This document shows, piece by piece, positions 43,256 to 55,815 of a stretch of 64,000 nt of DNA (within the stretch, counting starts at the first letter, position 1; every line of letters begins with the position of its first letter). The notes under the pieces were generated by a model. It was given only the letters and a program-made list of their open reading frames with translations, was not told the origin of the DNA and searched no databases. A program made the position numbers and the translations under genes. This DNA comes from Eledone cirrhosa. Lineage: Eukaryota. The stretch spans positions 3,038,001-3,102,000 of the forward strand of contig OZ024751.1 in assembly GCA_964016885.1 (NCBI GenBank), in the 5' to 3' direction.

Positions 43256-43874
43256 AATAAACGGTATTTTGCCAGCTTGTGGTTCTGTCTGTCGTGCGAC
43301 AAAGCCCGGGTTTGACGCCGATTTAAACAAATTGCTGCTGGAGAATGCATCGCTGCAGGCCGAAGCTGAAATTAGAGACTTGTCACCTCAGAGACAAAAT
43401 TTGCCAGATATTCCAAAATTAGCTGCACAATTCAATTTAACTTAATCTACTGCACATAACTTAATTTAACTAATTAACCAACGTTAACTAAAATATTTGT
43501 TTAATGTATCTAATTTAATCCCATTTAATTACTTTATTCAGAAATTTCATTTGAAAATAATTGCTGAAAATAAGCCTTCAGAATTAGCTCACTTCCCACC
43601 TTCATACAACCTTAAGATTATTGATCCTCCTTCCCCCACTGTTAGCAAGTTAGACGGGTGGACGGATAGGCAAACGAACACCCAATAAGCTGAAGGTTAA
43701 AAACAGACAACTTGCCAGGCGACTACGTAAAATAATACCGACCAAACTAGTCGTATCATATATTCACTAAGTCGAATATTTAACATTTATAATGGTTACA
43801 TCATAATTAAAACACACCCTCACGCACAAGGACGTGGGTACACGAGCACGTACACACGCATATGTGTCTGAATA

Positions 43875-43950
<76 letters not shown>

Positions 43951-44152
43951 TATGTATACGTACATACATATATGTATACAGACGTACAGTAGTATGTATA
44001 TATATACATACATGCACACATATATATATATCTACGTATGGATTTACCGAACATTTATTAAAATGCTCGGTTTGTTTGTAAACAAACAGCCCGAATTAAG
44101 CCGTACAGTGTTTAGCAACCATCGTTGCCCTTTTGTTCAACACTGACAAAGG

Positions 44153-44197
44153 AACGATCTACTAGTTTCAAGCTTGTTAGCTATCGTCAGCACCGTA
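44153..44197 (-). ncRNA. Minimal type I hammerhead (CUGACGA core, mismatch at the base of stem I)
   Basis: acggtg CTGACGA tagctaacaagctt GAAA ctagTA gatcgt. Confidence 0.7.
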
Positions 44198-44584
44198 TAC
44201 CTTTCTGCCAGATGATTGAACGTCTGAAAGTATATACTTTACTTATGCATATTAACGGCTGAGCAGCCTAATTTGCATATCGAGTGAGTTAATCGGCCGG
44301 GCGCACCGAAAACGATAAATGGAAGAAAAAAAACGAAATTTCATTTCTCACTCTTAGTACGGCTGTTACTTAAATATAAGTATGTATACGTACATACATA
44401 TATGTATACAGACGTACAGTAGTATGTATATATATACATACATGCACATATATATATATATATGTACGTATGGATTTACCGAGCATTTATTATAATGCTC
44501 AATTTGTTTGTAAACAAACATCCCGAATTAAGCCGTACAGTGTTTAGCAACCATCGTTGCCGTTTTGTTCAACACTGACAAAGG

Positions 44585-44629
44585 AACGATGTACTAGTTT
44601 CAAGCTTATTAGCTATCGTCAGCACCGTA
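44585..44629 (-). ncRNA. Minimal type I hammerhead (CUGACGA core)
   Basis: acggtg CTGACGA tagctaataagctt GAAA ctagTA catcgt. Confidence 0.8.
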
Positions 44630-45659
44630 TACCTTACTGTACGTCTGTATACATATATGTATGTACGTATACATACTTATATTTAAGTAACAGCCGTACT
44701 AAGAGTGAGAAATGAAATTTCGTTCCATTTTTTCCACATATATATATATAACAAAGGAATTGTGGTAAGGAACCAGATGGACCATAACGCACTAGGGTAC
44801 TCAATACTTAGGGTAATAGAGTGGGAAATAGGACAAAGTATGACCCCGACGGCAGAGATCAAACCGTTTCGACGGCTATTTCTGGAGTAAATTAGAATTT
44901 TTAGCCCGGTGAATAAATAGCCGAACTTGTCATGGGGGTATTTCCTTGAATGGGAAGATTGTAGTTGTCAAGAGGATTGGTTAAAATTTGTTGTAAACAC
45001 AAATAAGTCTATCATGACATTTGGTGGTAGGTAGGGGTGGCTGAACTTGCCAGTAGAACAATAAGGGAGTGAGTGGAGCAGTCAAGCGTTGAAAGTGATA
45101 TGTATACAGGAGATTCCAAGGATAGTGTATAAAGTGGAGGAGGGAGGTTATAGAATAGGTAAATCGAATGAGAGTAGGAGACAATAAAAGATAATAGAAA
45201 GAAATAAAAAAATATGTAAAATTAGATAGTGAGAAAGGTAATAACAAAAATCACAATGCTATCTTACAGTTATAGGTTAATAAGTTGAGAATAGAAAAAA
45301 CTTGTAGAAATTGAGTAGTACCAGAACTGATACAAAATTAAAGGGGTTTAACACGTCTGCTATAAGTAGTTAGTAAAACGTATCCGGCCAATTCTATCTT
45401 AAAATTACAGAGGTGGGGAAACTGACGCTACAGAGGGCTGATGGGCTGCATCGGGGTAGGCTAAAGGGGAATAGCAGACGAGGAAGAAAATAGGGGGTGG
45501 AAGGAAGTGATAGGATGAGACAGGGGGAAGAAGAAGACAAAGAGGAAAAGAAAAGAAAAGAGATACATCTACCTAAGTAAGCTGGGGTTTCCCCTAACTT
45601 ATACGGCAAGTGTGTGTGTGTGTGGGGGGGGGGGGGGTATCAGCTCTTGTCTACCCTCC

Positions 45660-46160
45660 CGGGTCGTTATGGGGTTCGAGAACGACCTTTTCCACCTGGT
45701 CAAGAGCATTAAATTCAAACCCAGACACAACAGATTCCTACAACAACTACGTAGCAAAATAACAGAGTATGAAAACACCAACGACATCATGGTGCACTTG
45801 AACAAAACTGGAAACCTCTAATTCGTCAACCCTGACAGATACCACACACTGATCGGGAGCAGCCTAAACTCCACCTATAAAAAGGCTAACCATTCAATTA
45901 TCGAGGACATAAATCGAGATGGACAATAAATTACCTCCAGCCTCGGGGTCGCCGACCGCACTGAACCCCTAGACCCAAGGACTCCCTACTTCACACTGAA
46001 GGACCACAAATCCGACTTCGACCGCAAACCATCTATTAGGCTTATAAACTTAACAAAGTCGGACATAGGAAAATCAGTAAAAAGATCCTAGACCGAGTTA
46101 TACCAAAAGTTAACCAAAACGTGAGACTTAGCCTATGGGTCAGCACCCAGGAAGTAATTC
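45660..46160 (+). pseudogene. Degenerate Penelope-like ORF fragment (N-terminal region and start of RT)
   Basis: GFENDLFHLVKSIKFK...KTGNL*...TYKKAN...YFTLKDHKSDFDRKPSIRLIN.TKSDIG parallels the 50277-51677 ORF (FLTLKDHK...CRLINPARTDMG). It contains stop codons. Confidence 0.75.
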
Positions 46161-46618
46161 TAATAAATTTATAATAAATTTCTGGTTGGTTGGTTGGTTC
46201 CACAACCAGATAGTTGTTTATATATTGTCATAGTTCTTTCGTCACACACTCTGTGACCTCTTCAGTGACTGGGGATTCCTTTCTTTGTTTCTGTGCCTCT
46301 CCTTTGTTCTGTCCTACGCCATTTTGTTTCTGTGTGTGTGTTGTGTGTTCAGTCTGCGCATGCGCCACATCCCTAAGTATAACAATATCGGTTTCAACAC
46401 ACGATTTCAGATAAATAATCTTGCTAAACAAATTCAGATACGAAATATATATATATATTATATATATAATATAATATATATATATTATATATATAATATA
46501 TATATATAATATATATAATATATATAATATATATATAATATATATATAATATATATATATTATATATATAATATATATATATATATTTTATATATATAAT
46601 ATATATCTATCTATCTAT

Positions 46619-48625
46619 CTAAGGCGGGTAAAATTCCCGAGATCCATGGACGAGTTCTCTCCAGCGGTCTCTGTCCCTCATTATCGCTGCCATGTCCTGC
46701 GTCTCCAACAGACCAGTGTCTGTCCTTAGGGCATCAACATATGTTAACCTTGGTCTTCCTCTTCCAGTGTGTCCATGTAGGGGCTCCCAAAGGAGCACTG
46801 AGTGCAATGTCAACTCTGGATGTCGGTGAGCATGTCCAGCCAACCTCAGTCTCCTCTGTGTCACTTTTGAGCTGACTTTTGGGAGGCTCCCATACAGCTC
46901 TGAGTTTTTCATCCTCAGTGTATACTGATTAATGTTCAGAGCCATCCTCAGCATTCTCGTGTAGCACCCATCCACCATCTGAGTGAGTCTCTTGGTCAGT
47001 GTCCAAGTCTCAGACCCATACAGCAGCACAGACTCCACTACAGCAATGAAGAGGCAGATTTTCAGGTCTCTACGAAGGTCCGACTTCCACACCGATCTCA
47101 AGCTGTGGCACGCCGCCCAGGCCTTGCTCTTCCTCTCAACCACATCATCTTCCGTATTCCCAATCTTTGCTCCCAAATACAGGAAGTCCTCAACCAATTC
47201 CAGCGGCTTCCCGCCTACATTAGTGATCCCCTCTGGCTTCTCAACATTCTCTACCAGATATTTTGTTTTAGTCTCATTCATTCTCAGCCCCACACTCATC
47301 GACACAGTCTCAACCTCCCGCATCAAATCCTCTGCCTCCTTCACTGTATTTGTCACCAAAACTATGTCGTCGGCAAATTCAGCATCCGATACCTTTTTCG
47401 CCCCAACTCTCCTGCTCTGAGCCGGTGCTACAGTAAAGCCAGAGTCCTGGTGTTTCTCCAGTGCAAGGCGCATACAATAGTCCACTACGATGATAAAAAG
47501 GTAGGGAGCCAATATATCTCCCTGGAGCACTCCAGCCAGTATCTCAAAGAACTCTGTCATCCCATCAGGTGTAATGACTTGGGCTTTGGTGTTGGTGTAG
47601 AGCAGTGATATCAGGTCCACTATCCTCTTGGGGATTCCATAAGCCTGTAAGATCTTCATCAGGCAGTAACGGTCCACAGAATCAAAGGCCTTCCTAAAGT
47701 CAATGAAAACCATGACCGCAGGAAGGCACTTTGCTCTAGCTCCCTCTAATATCCTCCTCAGCATCAGGATGTGACTGGTGGTTGATCTACCCTCTCTGAA
47801 GCCGTTCTGGTTGTCCCTGAGCTTCTTCTCCATCTCAGGCTGGATCCTGTTAAGAATCATCCTGTTGAGGGTCTTTGCCACAAGTGACGTCAGTGAGATC
47901 CCCCGGTAGTTGTTGGTGTTAGAGAGATATCCCTTCTTTGGCACTGGGACGATGTTACTGATCCTCCACTGATTCGGGGCAACTCCTTTCTCCAGTGCCC
48001 CGTTACAGAACCCCAGGATGATATCATCAAAATCACACCACTTCATCACCTCTGATGCCACTCCATCTTCTCCATGAGCCTTGCCCTCCTTGATCTTCTT
48101 CTTGGCTCTCTGAAGCTCCTCTCTGGTGAAGGGCTCTGTCTCAACATCCAGTTCCTCAAACAGCCGCCTGATCTCCCCAGTGCTCTGGGCTGTGGAGGGT
48201 GGCTCTCCTAGTTGGGTCCTAAAATGGTCTAGCCATTTCCTCTTCCTATCCTCGGGCCCCGTTCCCTGGATCTGACTCGAACACCTTTTCTTCCTCCCTG
48301 TGATCTCGCTGATGATCATCCAGCTCTCCTTACATCCAGATCTGTCAACCGCTCTCTCCACACTTCTGATCTTCTCTATCAGTGCCTCCTCTCTGACCTC
48401 AGTGTAAGCGGTACAGAGCTCTTCCCTCATCACCTCCACAGTCTCCATCCTCTCCTCCGTAGGATCAGCATAGAATTGGTCCCTGGCAGCTTTCAGGTGT
48501 TCTCTGGCTGCACACACTTTTGGGTCTGAAGAGCTGACGTGCTTCCCTTTGTTCTTTTTCCTCGGCACCAGGGTTTCACTTGCTTTCGCCACTGCATTGG
48601 TGAAGTGCCCGTACCTCCTCGTCAC
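46619..48625 (-). CDS. Non-LTR retrotransposon reverse transcriptase (RTE clade), lacking the N-terminal APE endonuclease
   Basis: Motifs NYRGISL, QNGFR.GRST, FIDFRKAFDSV, GVLQGD.LAPYLF, FADD, FLYLG, LLYGSETW and GRGRP. Confidence 0.9.
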   Translation of the reverse strand: MTRRYGHFTNAVAKASETLVPRKKNKGKHVSSSDPKVCAAREHLKAARDQFYADPTEERMETVEVMREELCTAYTEVREEALIEKIRSVERAVDRSGCKESWMIISEITGRKKRCSSQIQGTGPEDRKRKWLDHFRTQLGEPPSTAQSTGEIRRLFEELDVETEPFTREELQRAKKKIKEGKAHGEDGVASEVMKWCDFDDIILGFCNGALEKGVAPNQWRISNIVPVPKKGYLSNTNNYRGISLTSLVAKTLNRMILNRIQPEMEKKLRDNQNGFREGRSTTSHILMLRRILEGARAKCLPAVMVFIDFRKAFDSVDRYCLMKILQAYGIPKRIVDLISLLYTNTKAQVITPDGMTEFFEILAGVLQGDILAPYLFIIVVDYCMRLALEKHQDSGFTVAPAQSRRVGAKKVSDAEFADDIVLVTNTVKEAEDLMREVETVSMSVGLRMNETKTKYLVENVEKPEGITNVGGKPLELVEDFLYLGAKIGNTEDDVVERKSKAWAACHSLRSVWKSDLRRDLKICLFIAVVESVLLYGSETWTLTKRLTQMVDGCYTRMLRMALNINQYTLRMKNSELYGSLPKVSSKVTQRRLRLAGHAHRHPELTLHSVLLWEPLHGHTGRGRPRLTYVDALRTDTGLLETQDMAAIMRDRDRWRELVHGSREFYPP

Positions 48626-48688
48626 ACTCTCCTCAGTCCATCCAATCTCTCTCTCCTCTGACTCTCCACACAGAGCACTAAACCTGTT
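46619..48688 (-). mobile_element. 5'-truncated RTE-clade LINE inserted in (TA)n
   Basis: Long uninterrupted RT ORF with TA microsatellite on both sides. The stop codon directly abuts the simple repeat. Confidence 0.9.
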
Positions 48689-49342
48689 TAATATATATAT
48701 ATTTTATATATATAATATATATATATATTTTATATATATAATATATATATATATATTTTAATTATATAATATATATATATATATTTTATATATATATTAT
48801 ATATATATATTTTATATATATAATATATATATAATATATATATATATATTTTATATATATAATATATATATATTTTATATATATTATATATATATATTTT
48901 ATATATATAATATATATATATATTTTATATATATAATAAATATATATATTTTTATATTATATAATATATATATATTTTATATATATAATATATACATATA
49001 TTATATATATATAAATGAAAATAGAGAAATTAGTGTAAGCAAAACTCCAACAATATTTCAGACATATAAGTGACTATACCATCAGGATGAAAAAAAATGT
49101 TAATGTCAAAGTAATACTATCTTAATTTAAAACAAATCAAGAAGAAAAACTTTATCCTCAGACTTTGTTTAAGTTCGGGAAAAAAACACTATAATCTTAA
49201 CACAAAATAAAATCAGGAAGAAATACCTAACCGTCATATATTATATATATATATATATATATAACGAAGGAAATGTGGTAAGGAACCAGGTGAACCATAA
49301 CGCACCAAAGTACTCAATACTTAGGGTAGTAGAGTGGGTAAT

Positions 49343-49465
49343 AGGAACCAGTAAGACCCCGACGGCTGAGCTCAAGCCGTTTCGACGGCTAATTCTGGAC
49401 TATTTAGTCCAGAATTAGCCGTCGAAACGGCTTGAGCTCAGCCGTCGGGGACTTACTGGTTCCTA
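49343..49465. repeat. Near-perfect ~120-bp palindrome of the PLE-terminus-like repeat
   Basis: aggaaccagtaag...ctggacta-tt-tagtccag...ttactggttcct. Confidence 0.9.
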
Positions 49466-49859
49466 TAAATATATATATATATATTATATATATATAGTTG
49501 TAGTACACTGGAATGTAATATCCGTAGTGGTAGAGCACTCAGTCCATGGGACAAGTAAGGTAGATGTGGTTACACAGCAGTTAGTTCACCATACCGAGAA
49601 CAATTGTTTCACCTGAGCGCATCCTCACCTCATAATGGACATGGTTATACGGAACAGGAAGAATAACCGTACGTACGCGCATGCGCAAAAACCGTCACTT
49701 CACACAGGCAATACTAAAAAGCGTGCGAGAGGTGTAAGGGAGATAACTGCGAAAGTCCGAAAAGTTTCTAGTTGATAAGAAAATTAGGATGTTGTTGTGA
49801 TTCAATCCGGAGCTTTGTAGTTATGTAAGAGGTGTTTCGAGACGTGTGGACAACGTGTG

Positions 49860-51890
49860 AAGAATTAATTTCTCGTGTTTAGGCAATCACCATTGCATAA
49901 TCTCTTTAGAATATTTATTCGTTCATCAATACATAGTCCACACGACGGATTTCCCCTTGCGTATGGCTTGGACTTAGTGATGGCTTTTCATTGAATGGAG
50001 AAGTCTAAACTTGAGTCCTTGAGGGACCATACGTGGCTCGCGAGTTTCGTGGATGAATGTCTGTCCGAGTACCTAAAGGTCGACTGGTGGTTCAGGAAGC
50101 GTTCCTTAAATCGGCCCTCCGCTATACCCACATAGGATTTGGTCGGTTGGAATTGACCACAGCTTCATAAATTACAGCGGGTGTGTTGCATTGCTGTTGA
50201 AGGGGACAAGCTTCGGGCTTACATCAATAGCACCCCGGTGGGGTGTTGCTCTTAAGGTTTTTTGTGATGTGGGACTTCATGTTTCAGCGCAGGAGTATCC
50301 TAGTTTTACTTTGTGTCGGTTAAAGATGGAGCGGTATTTATGACCTATGGGAAAGTGTCTATCTAAGAGGGCTAGACATTTTTTGCCTACATTGGTTTTA
50401 ACGTTCAGTGAGAAGGGAGGAGAGAACCAGATAGTTTGTCTATTGTTACGCTTTCTTTTCTTATTGCTGTTGTTGATAGTGGGAGTGTAAGTGATAGGTT
50501 GCGAGAAGCCGCTGTTAGCTAACACCGTGTTATAGTAGGGTGCCGCCCTGTCAAATATAGCCTTATTAGAGGAGAGGCTTGAGATTCTAGTCCTGATATT
50601 AGTTGCGAAGTTTCTAAAAACAGTGGGAGGGTGGCTTGAGTCCTTGTGAATGTTATTGAGTTTTTTGTTTAGCTTATGGATGGGTCTGTAGGTATGTGTC
50701 CGAAGGTCTAAATTAATGTCTAAGAAATCTACGCTAGAGAGGTTGGTAGCTACCGTTATCGTAAGTCCTATCTCATTGAAGGTAGACGCTAAGTCTTTTT
50801 TAAACCAGTCGAGGTCTTGACGACTTTTATGGCTCGATAAGATCAGTCCGTCGTCGCGGTATATTCCCGTGTGGAAGTCCGGGAATCTAACACGAAATAT
50901 ATCTAAAATAAATAGGCCAACCAAGTCGCATACGTCAGCACTGTCAAACGATCCCATGGAGACGTCGAATAGGTCTGAAGTTGTTGACTTCTTTTCCCAT
51001 GCTACTCCGTCGTTGAAGAGGAGGGTTTTTCTGCAGTGAGAAATTATTTCCCTGTCTAAACCATCGATGGTAGTGTAAGTGGTAGCGAAGTCAAACGCTG
51101 TGTTTAACAGGGTCTCTGAGATCGACGGGTAAAAATCAACAATGTCGAACTGTGTGAACTTCGCTTTTTTGGATTTTAAGGAGTTAAACCACCTAATTAC
51201 GGAGTCACTGTTCTCCCACTGGGACAGGTTGGACTTGGTCCTAATGGTCTTAACTATGTTTCTGAGTATGGCCTTACTGACTAGTCCCATATCTGTGCGA
51301 GCCGGGTTTATTAGTCTACATGTGGAGTTAGAAGTAAAGTCTACCTTGTGATCTTTCAGGGTGAGGAACGCCACCCGCTTAGCTAGAGATTGTAGATTCT
51401 TATCTACCTTAAGGGCGGCGGCAAGTTCTTTGGCTTCTGTATTAATGTCGTGGTAGGCCATAGGGTTAGCTTTCTTATATTTGGAAGTAATAGCGTTATG
51501 GGCCAGGTGGCGGAAAGTGGTGTTGTCGACTTCGTAAATATTATTACTTTTGTCGGAAAGAACGAAAGTGTTATTAGAGGACCTAAATTTCTTAATATCA
51601 TTTCTAAGTTTAGTTTGAAAGGTGTTAGGGTGTTTGCGAAAGGAAATGTTAGCGACTAAGTCAAGAAGGTCCGCCACGAAAGGAGCAAGTTCAGTTCCCT
51701 TAGGAAGGTAGGCTCTCGATTTCAGGTTGAAGGTGTTATTGGTGCCTGCAATTTTGCCGTCAAAAGCTAGGGCTCACGATCTTAAGCGTCTGACGACATC
51801 TTCCGATTTTTGTAGGAGTATGTTTTGGTAAACATGGTTGGAGGGAGTGGGAATGTTCTTCAGGGAGTAATCCAGTTCGTATAAATCCAT
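49860..51890 (-). pseudogene. Frameshifted Penelope ORF (RT plus GIY-YIG endonuclease)
   Basis: MDLYELDYSLKNIP..., TLKDHK, QFDIVDFYPSI, SMGSFDSADVCDLVG, YRDDGL, WFSPPFS, then in other frames VIYEA...SYVG...RFKER..NH...CGLC. The upstream repeat keeps VVYEA...KSYVG in one frame. Confidence 0.88.
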
Positions 51891-52144
51891 ACTGACGTTG
51901 ATGAGACGCAAAATTGTGTAGGACACGAGGATATAGAGAGCGCTCACAGGGTTGTAAGCCAAACTCGCACATGGTGAAGAATATGCTAAAATCCAATCTT
52001 CTACGTAGTGAAGAGAATCTGCTGACCGTTGCTGGAGACGTATATAGTGGTAGACCACTGGAAGGTAATGTCCGTAGTGGTAGAGCACTCAGTCCATTGG
52101 ACGAGTTAGGTAGAAGTGGTTACACAACAGTTAGTTCACCATAC

Positions 52145-52182
52145 CGAGAACAATGGTTTCACATTATCGGATCCTCAGCTCG
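52145..52182 (-). ncRNA. Minimal hammerhead motif in the Penelope pLTR (degenerate twin at 49595-49632)
   Basis: cgag CTGAGGA tccgataatgt GAAA ccattG TT ctcg. The twin has a palindromic ACAATTGT stem III but a GTGAGGA core. Stem II is weak. Confidence 0.55.
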
Positions 52183-52812
52183 TAATGGACATGGTTATAC
52201 GGAACAGGAAGGACAACCGTACGAACGCGCATACGCAGAAACCGTCACTTCACAGAGGCAATACTAAAAAGCGTGCGAGAGGTGTAAGGGAGAGAACGGC
52301 GAAAGTCCGAGAAGTTTCTAGTTGATAAGAAAATTAGGATGTTGTTGTGATTCAATCTGGAGCTTTGTAGTTATGTAAGAGGTGTTTCGAGACGTGTGGA
52401 CAACGTGTGAAGAATTAATTTCTCGTGTTAGAGGCAATCACTATTGCATAATCTCTTTAGAATATTTATTCGTTCATCAATACATAGTCCACACGACGGA
52501 TTTCCCCTTGCGTATGGCTTGGACTTAATGATGGCTTTCCATTGAATGGAGTAGAATATACTTGAGTACTTGAGAGATCATACGTGGCTCGCGAGTTTCG
52601 AGGATGAACCTATGTCGGGGTACCTAAAGGTCGACTGGTGGTTCAGGAAGCGTTCCTTAAATCGGTCCTCCGCCATACCCACATAGGATTTGACCTCCTG
52701 TGGTTGATTTGGTTGGTTGGAAGTGACCACAGCTTCATAAACTACAGCGGCTAATTAGCCGTCGAAACGGCTTGAGCTCAGCCGTCGGGGTTTTACTTGT
52801 TCCTATATACAT

Positions 52813-52875
<63 letters not shown>

Positions 52876-52913
52876 ATTATATATATATATATATATATTA
52901 TATATATGTTTAT

Positions 52914-52945
<32 letters not shown>

Positions 52946-52951
52946 ATATAT

Positions 52952-53508
52952 CTAAGGCGGATAAAATTCCCGAGATCCATGGACGAGTTCTCTCCAGCGG
53001 TCTCTGTCCCTCATTATCGCTGCCATATCCTGCATCTCCAAGAGACCAGTGTCTGTCCTTAGGGCATTAACATATGTTAACCTTGGTCTTCCTCTTCTAG
53101 TGTGTCCATGTAGGGGCTCCCAAAGGAGCACTGAGTGCAATGTCAACTCTGGATGTCGGTGAGCATGTCCAGCCAACCTCAGTCTCCTCTGTGTCACTTT
53201 TGAGCTGACTCTTGGGATGCTCCCATACAGCTCTGAGTTTTTCATCCTCAGTGTATACTGATTAATGTTCAGAGCCATCCTCAACATTCTCGTGTAGCAC
53301 CCATCCACCATCTGAGTGTATTTGGGAGCAAAGATTGGGAATACGGAGGATGATGTGGTTGAGAGGAAGAGCAAGGCCTGGGCGGCGTGCCACAGCTTGA
53401 GATCGGTGTGGAAGTCGGACCTTCGTAGAGACCTGAAAATCCGCCTCTTCATTGCTGTAGTGGAGTGTGTGCTGCTGTATTGGTCTGAGACTTGGACACT
53501 GACCAAGA
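52952..53508 (-). mobile_element. Short RTE LINE copy with inverted 5' part
   Basis: 52952-53318 matches the 3' end of the 46619 element. 53318-53508 is the adjacent upstream segment in the opposite orientation. Confidence 0.9.
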
Positions 53509-53544
53509 ATATAATATATATATATATATATATAGAATAGTATA

Positions 53545-53675
53545 AAACGAAATTTCATTTCTCACTCTTATACGGCACTTACTTAAATGTAAGTTTATAT
53601 GTATGTATACGTACATACATATATGTATACAGACGTACATATATTATATATATATATATTAATTATATATATATA

Positions 53676-53748
<73 letters not shown>

Positions 53749-53901
53749 ATATATTATATATATATTATATATATATATATTATATATTTATATATATATA
53801 TATATTATATATATATTATATATATATATATTATATATAAATATATAAATATATATATATATATACAGTATATATATATATAATATATATAATATATATA
53901 A

Positions 53902-53944
<43 letters not shown>

Positions 53945-54379
53945 TAAGTATGTACACGTACATACATATATATATATACAGACGTACAGTAGTATGTATG
54001 TATATATACATACATGCACACATATATATATGCACGTATGGATTCACCGAACATTTATTATAATGCTCGGTGTGTTTGTAAACAAACATCCCGTATTAAG
54101 CCGTAGTGTCTAGCAACCACCGTTGCTCGTTTGTTCAACTCTGAAAAAGGAACGCTGTACTAGTTTCAAGCTTGTTAGCTATCGTCAGCAACGTATACCT
54201 TCCTGCCAGATTGTTGAACGTATATACTTACCTTATGCATATTAACGGCTGAGTAGCCCAATATGCATATCGAGTGGGTTAATCGGCCGGGTGCACCGAA
54301 AACGATAAACGAAAAAACGAAACGATATTTCATTTCCCACTCTTAGTACGGCTGTTACTTAAATATAAGTATGTACACG
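53545..54379 (-). mobile_element. Retrozyme-like family A, older ~1.1-unit copy with expanded internal (TA)n
   Basis: Homologous to the 43945 subfamily, with an HHR at 54151-54195. Confidence 0.75.
54151..54195 (-). ncRNA. Minimal type I hammerhead with a covarying stem I
   Basis: acgttg CTGACGA tagctaacaagctt GAAA ctagTA cagcgt, where U.G replaces the family G.U pair. Confidence 0.8.
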
Positions 54380-54635
54380 CAACCAAGACAAAATTGATAC
54401 GCTTTCATCAGATAAAATACAAAGTTTGTTTTATTAATAGAGACATACCTATAAAAATCATACCCTATCGGTCGGAAATTCACTGGATAGTGGAAATATA
54501 TTAGGGATTATTCAAACTTATGTGTGAATATGCAAATTAATATGTAAATATTTGAAAAACAACCGTTTATTTCAATGACACTGGAGAAAGAGAGAGAGAG
54601 AGAGAAAAAATAAAATAATATATATATATAATATA

Positions 54636-54670
<35 letters not shown>

Positions 54671-54675
<5 letters not shown>

Positions 54676-54747
54676 GTAAGTATGTATGTATACGTACATA
54701 CATATATGTATACAGACGTACAGTAGCATGCACATATATATATATAT

Positions 54748-54791
<44 letters not shown>

Positions 54792-55253
54792 GCATACAGG
54801 TACACATACATATATGCACGCATCAGTTTAGCCTACGTTTATTATAACGCCGGCCGCTTTGTTCGTTTGTTTGTCAACAAAGCGAACAGCCTGAATTTAT
54901 GCCATACGGTGTTAAGGCAACCACGTCACCTTTTTGTTCAACACTGACACAGGAACGATGTACTAGTTTCAAGCTTGTTAGCTATCATCAGCACCGTTTA
55001 CCCATCTGCCAGATAGTTGAACGTTCGAAAGTATATACTTTCCTTATGAAAATTAACGGCTGAGCAGCCTAATTTGCATATTGAGTGAGTTAAATCGGTC
55101 AGGCATACCGAAAACGATTAGTTGAAAAAAAAATGAAAACGAAATTTCATTTCTCACTCTTAGTATGGCACTTACTTAAATGTAAGTATGTATGTATACG
55201 TACATACATATATGTATACAGACGTACAGTAGCATGCACATATATATATATAT

Positions 55254-55307
<54 letters not shown>

Positions 55308-55769
55308 GCATACAGGTACACATACATATATGCACGCATCAGTTTAGCCTACGTTTATTATAACGCCGGCCGCTTTGTTCGTTTGTTTGTCAACAAAGCG
55401 AACAGCCTGAATTTATGCCATACGGTGTTAAGGCAACCACGTCACCTTTTTGTTCAACACTGACACAGGAACGATGTACTAGTTTCAAGCTTGTTAGCTA
55501 TCATCAGCACCGTTTACCCATCTGCCAGATAGTTGAACGTTCGAAAGTATATACTTTCCTTATGAAAATTAACGGCTGAGCAGCCTAATTTGCATATTGA
55601 GTGAGTTAAATCGGTCAGGCATACCGAAAACGATTAGTTGAAAAAAAAATGAAAACGAAATTTCATTTCTCACTCTTAGTATGGCACTTACTTAAATGTA
55701 AGTATGTATGTATACGTACATACATATATGTATACAGACGTACAGTAGCATGCACATATATATATATAT

Positions 55770-55815
<46 letters not shown>

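Larger units (their letters stand above)
43945..44737 (-). mobile_element. Retrozyme-like family A, diverged subfamily: 432-bp units plus an inverted fragment (44635-44737)
   Basis: Homologous to the 34500 and 54671 arrays, with two HHRs and a head-to-head inversion at ~44635. Confidence 0.8.
49497..52750 (-). mobile_element. Penelope-like retrotransposon with partial tandem pseudo-LTR structure
   Basis: RT plus GIY-YIG ORF remnants. 49497-50180 is repeated at 52045-52750 (3' ORF end plus pLTR placed upstream of the ORF), the typical PLE layout. Confidence 0.9.

Noticed and set aside
43215-43445. 76-aa plus-strand ORF
   Set aside because: It begins inside a degenerate tandem repeat and shows no recognisable domain or supported splice structure.
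46983-47608. Plus-strand ORFs overlapping the RTE RT
   Set aside because: They are antisense shadows of the LINE ORF.
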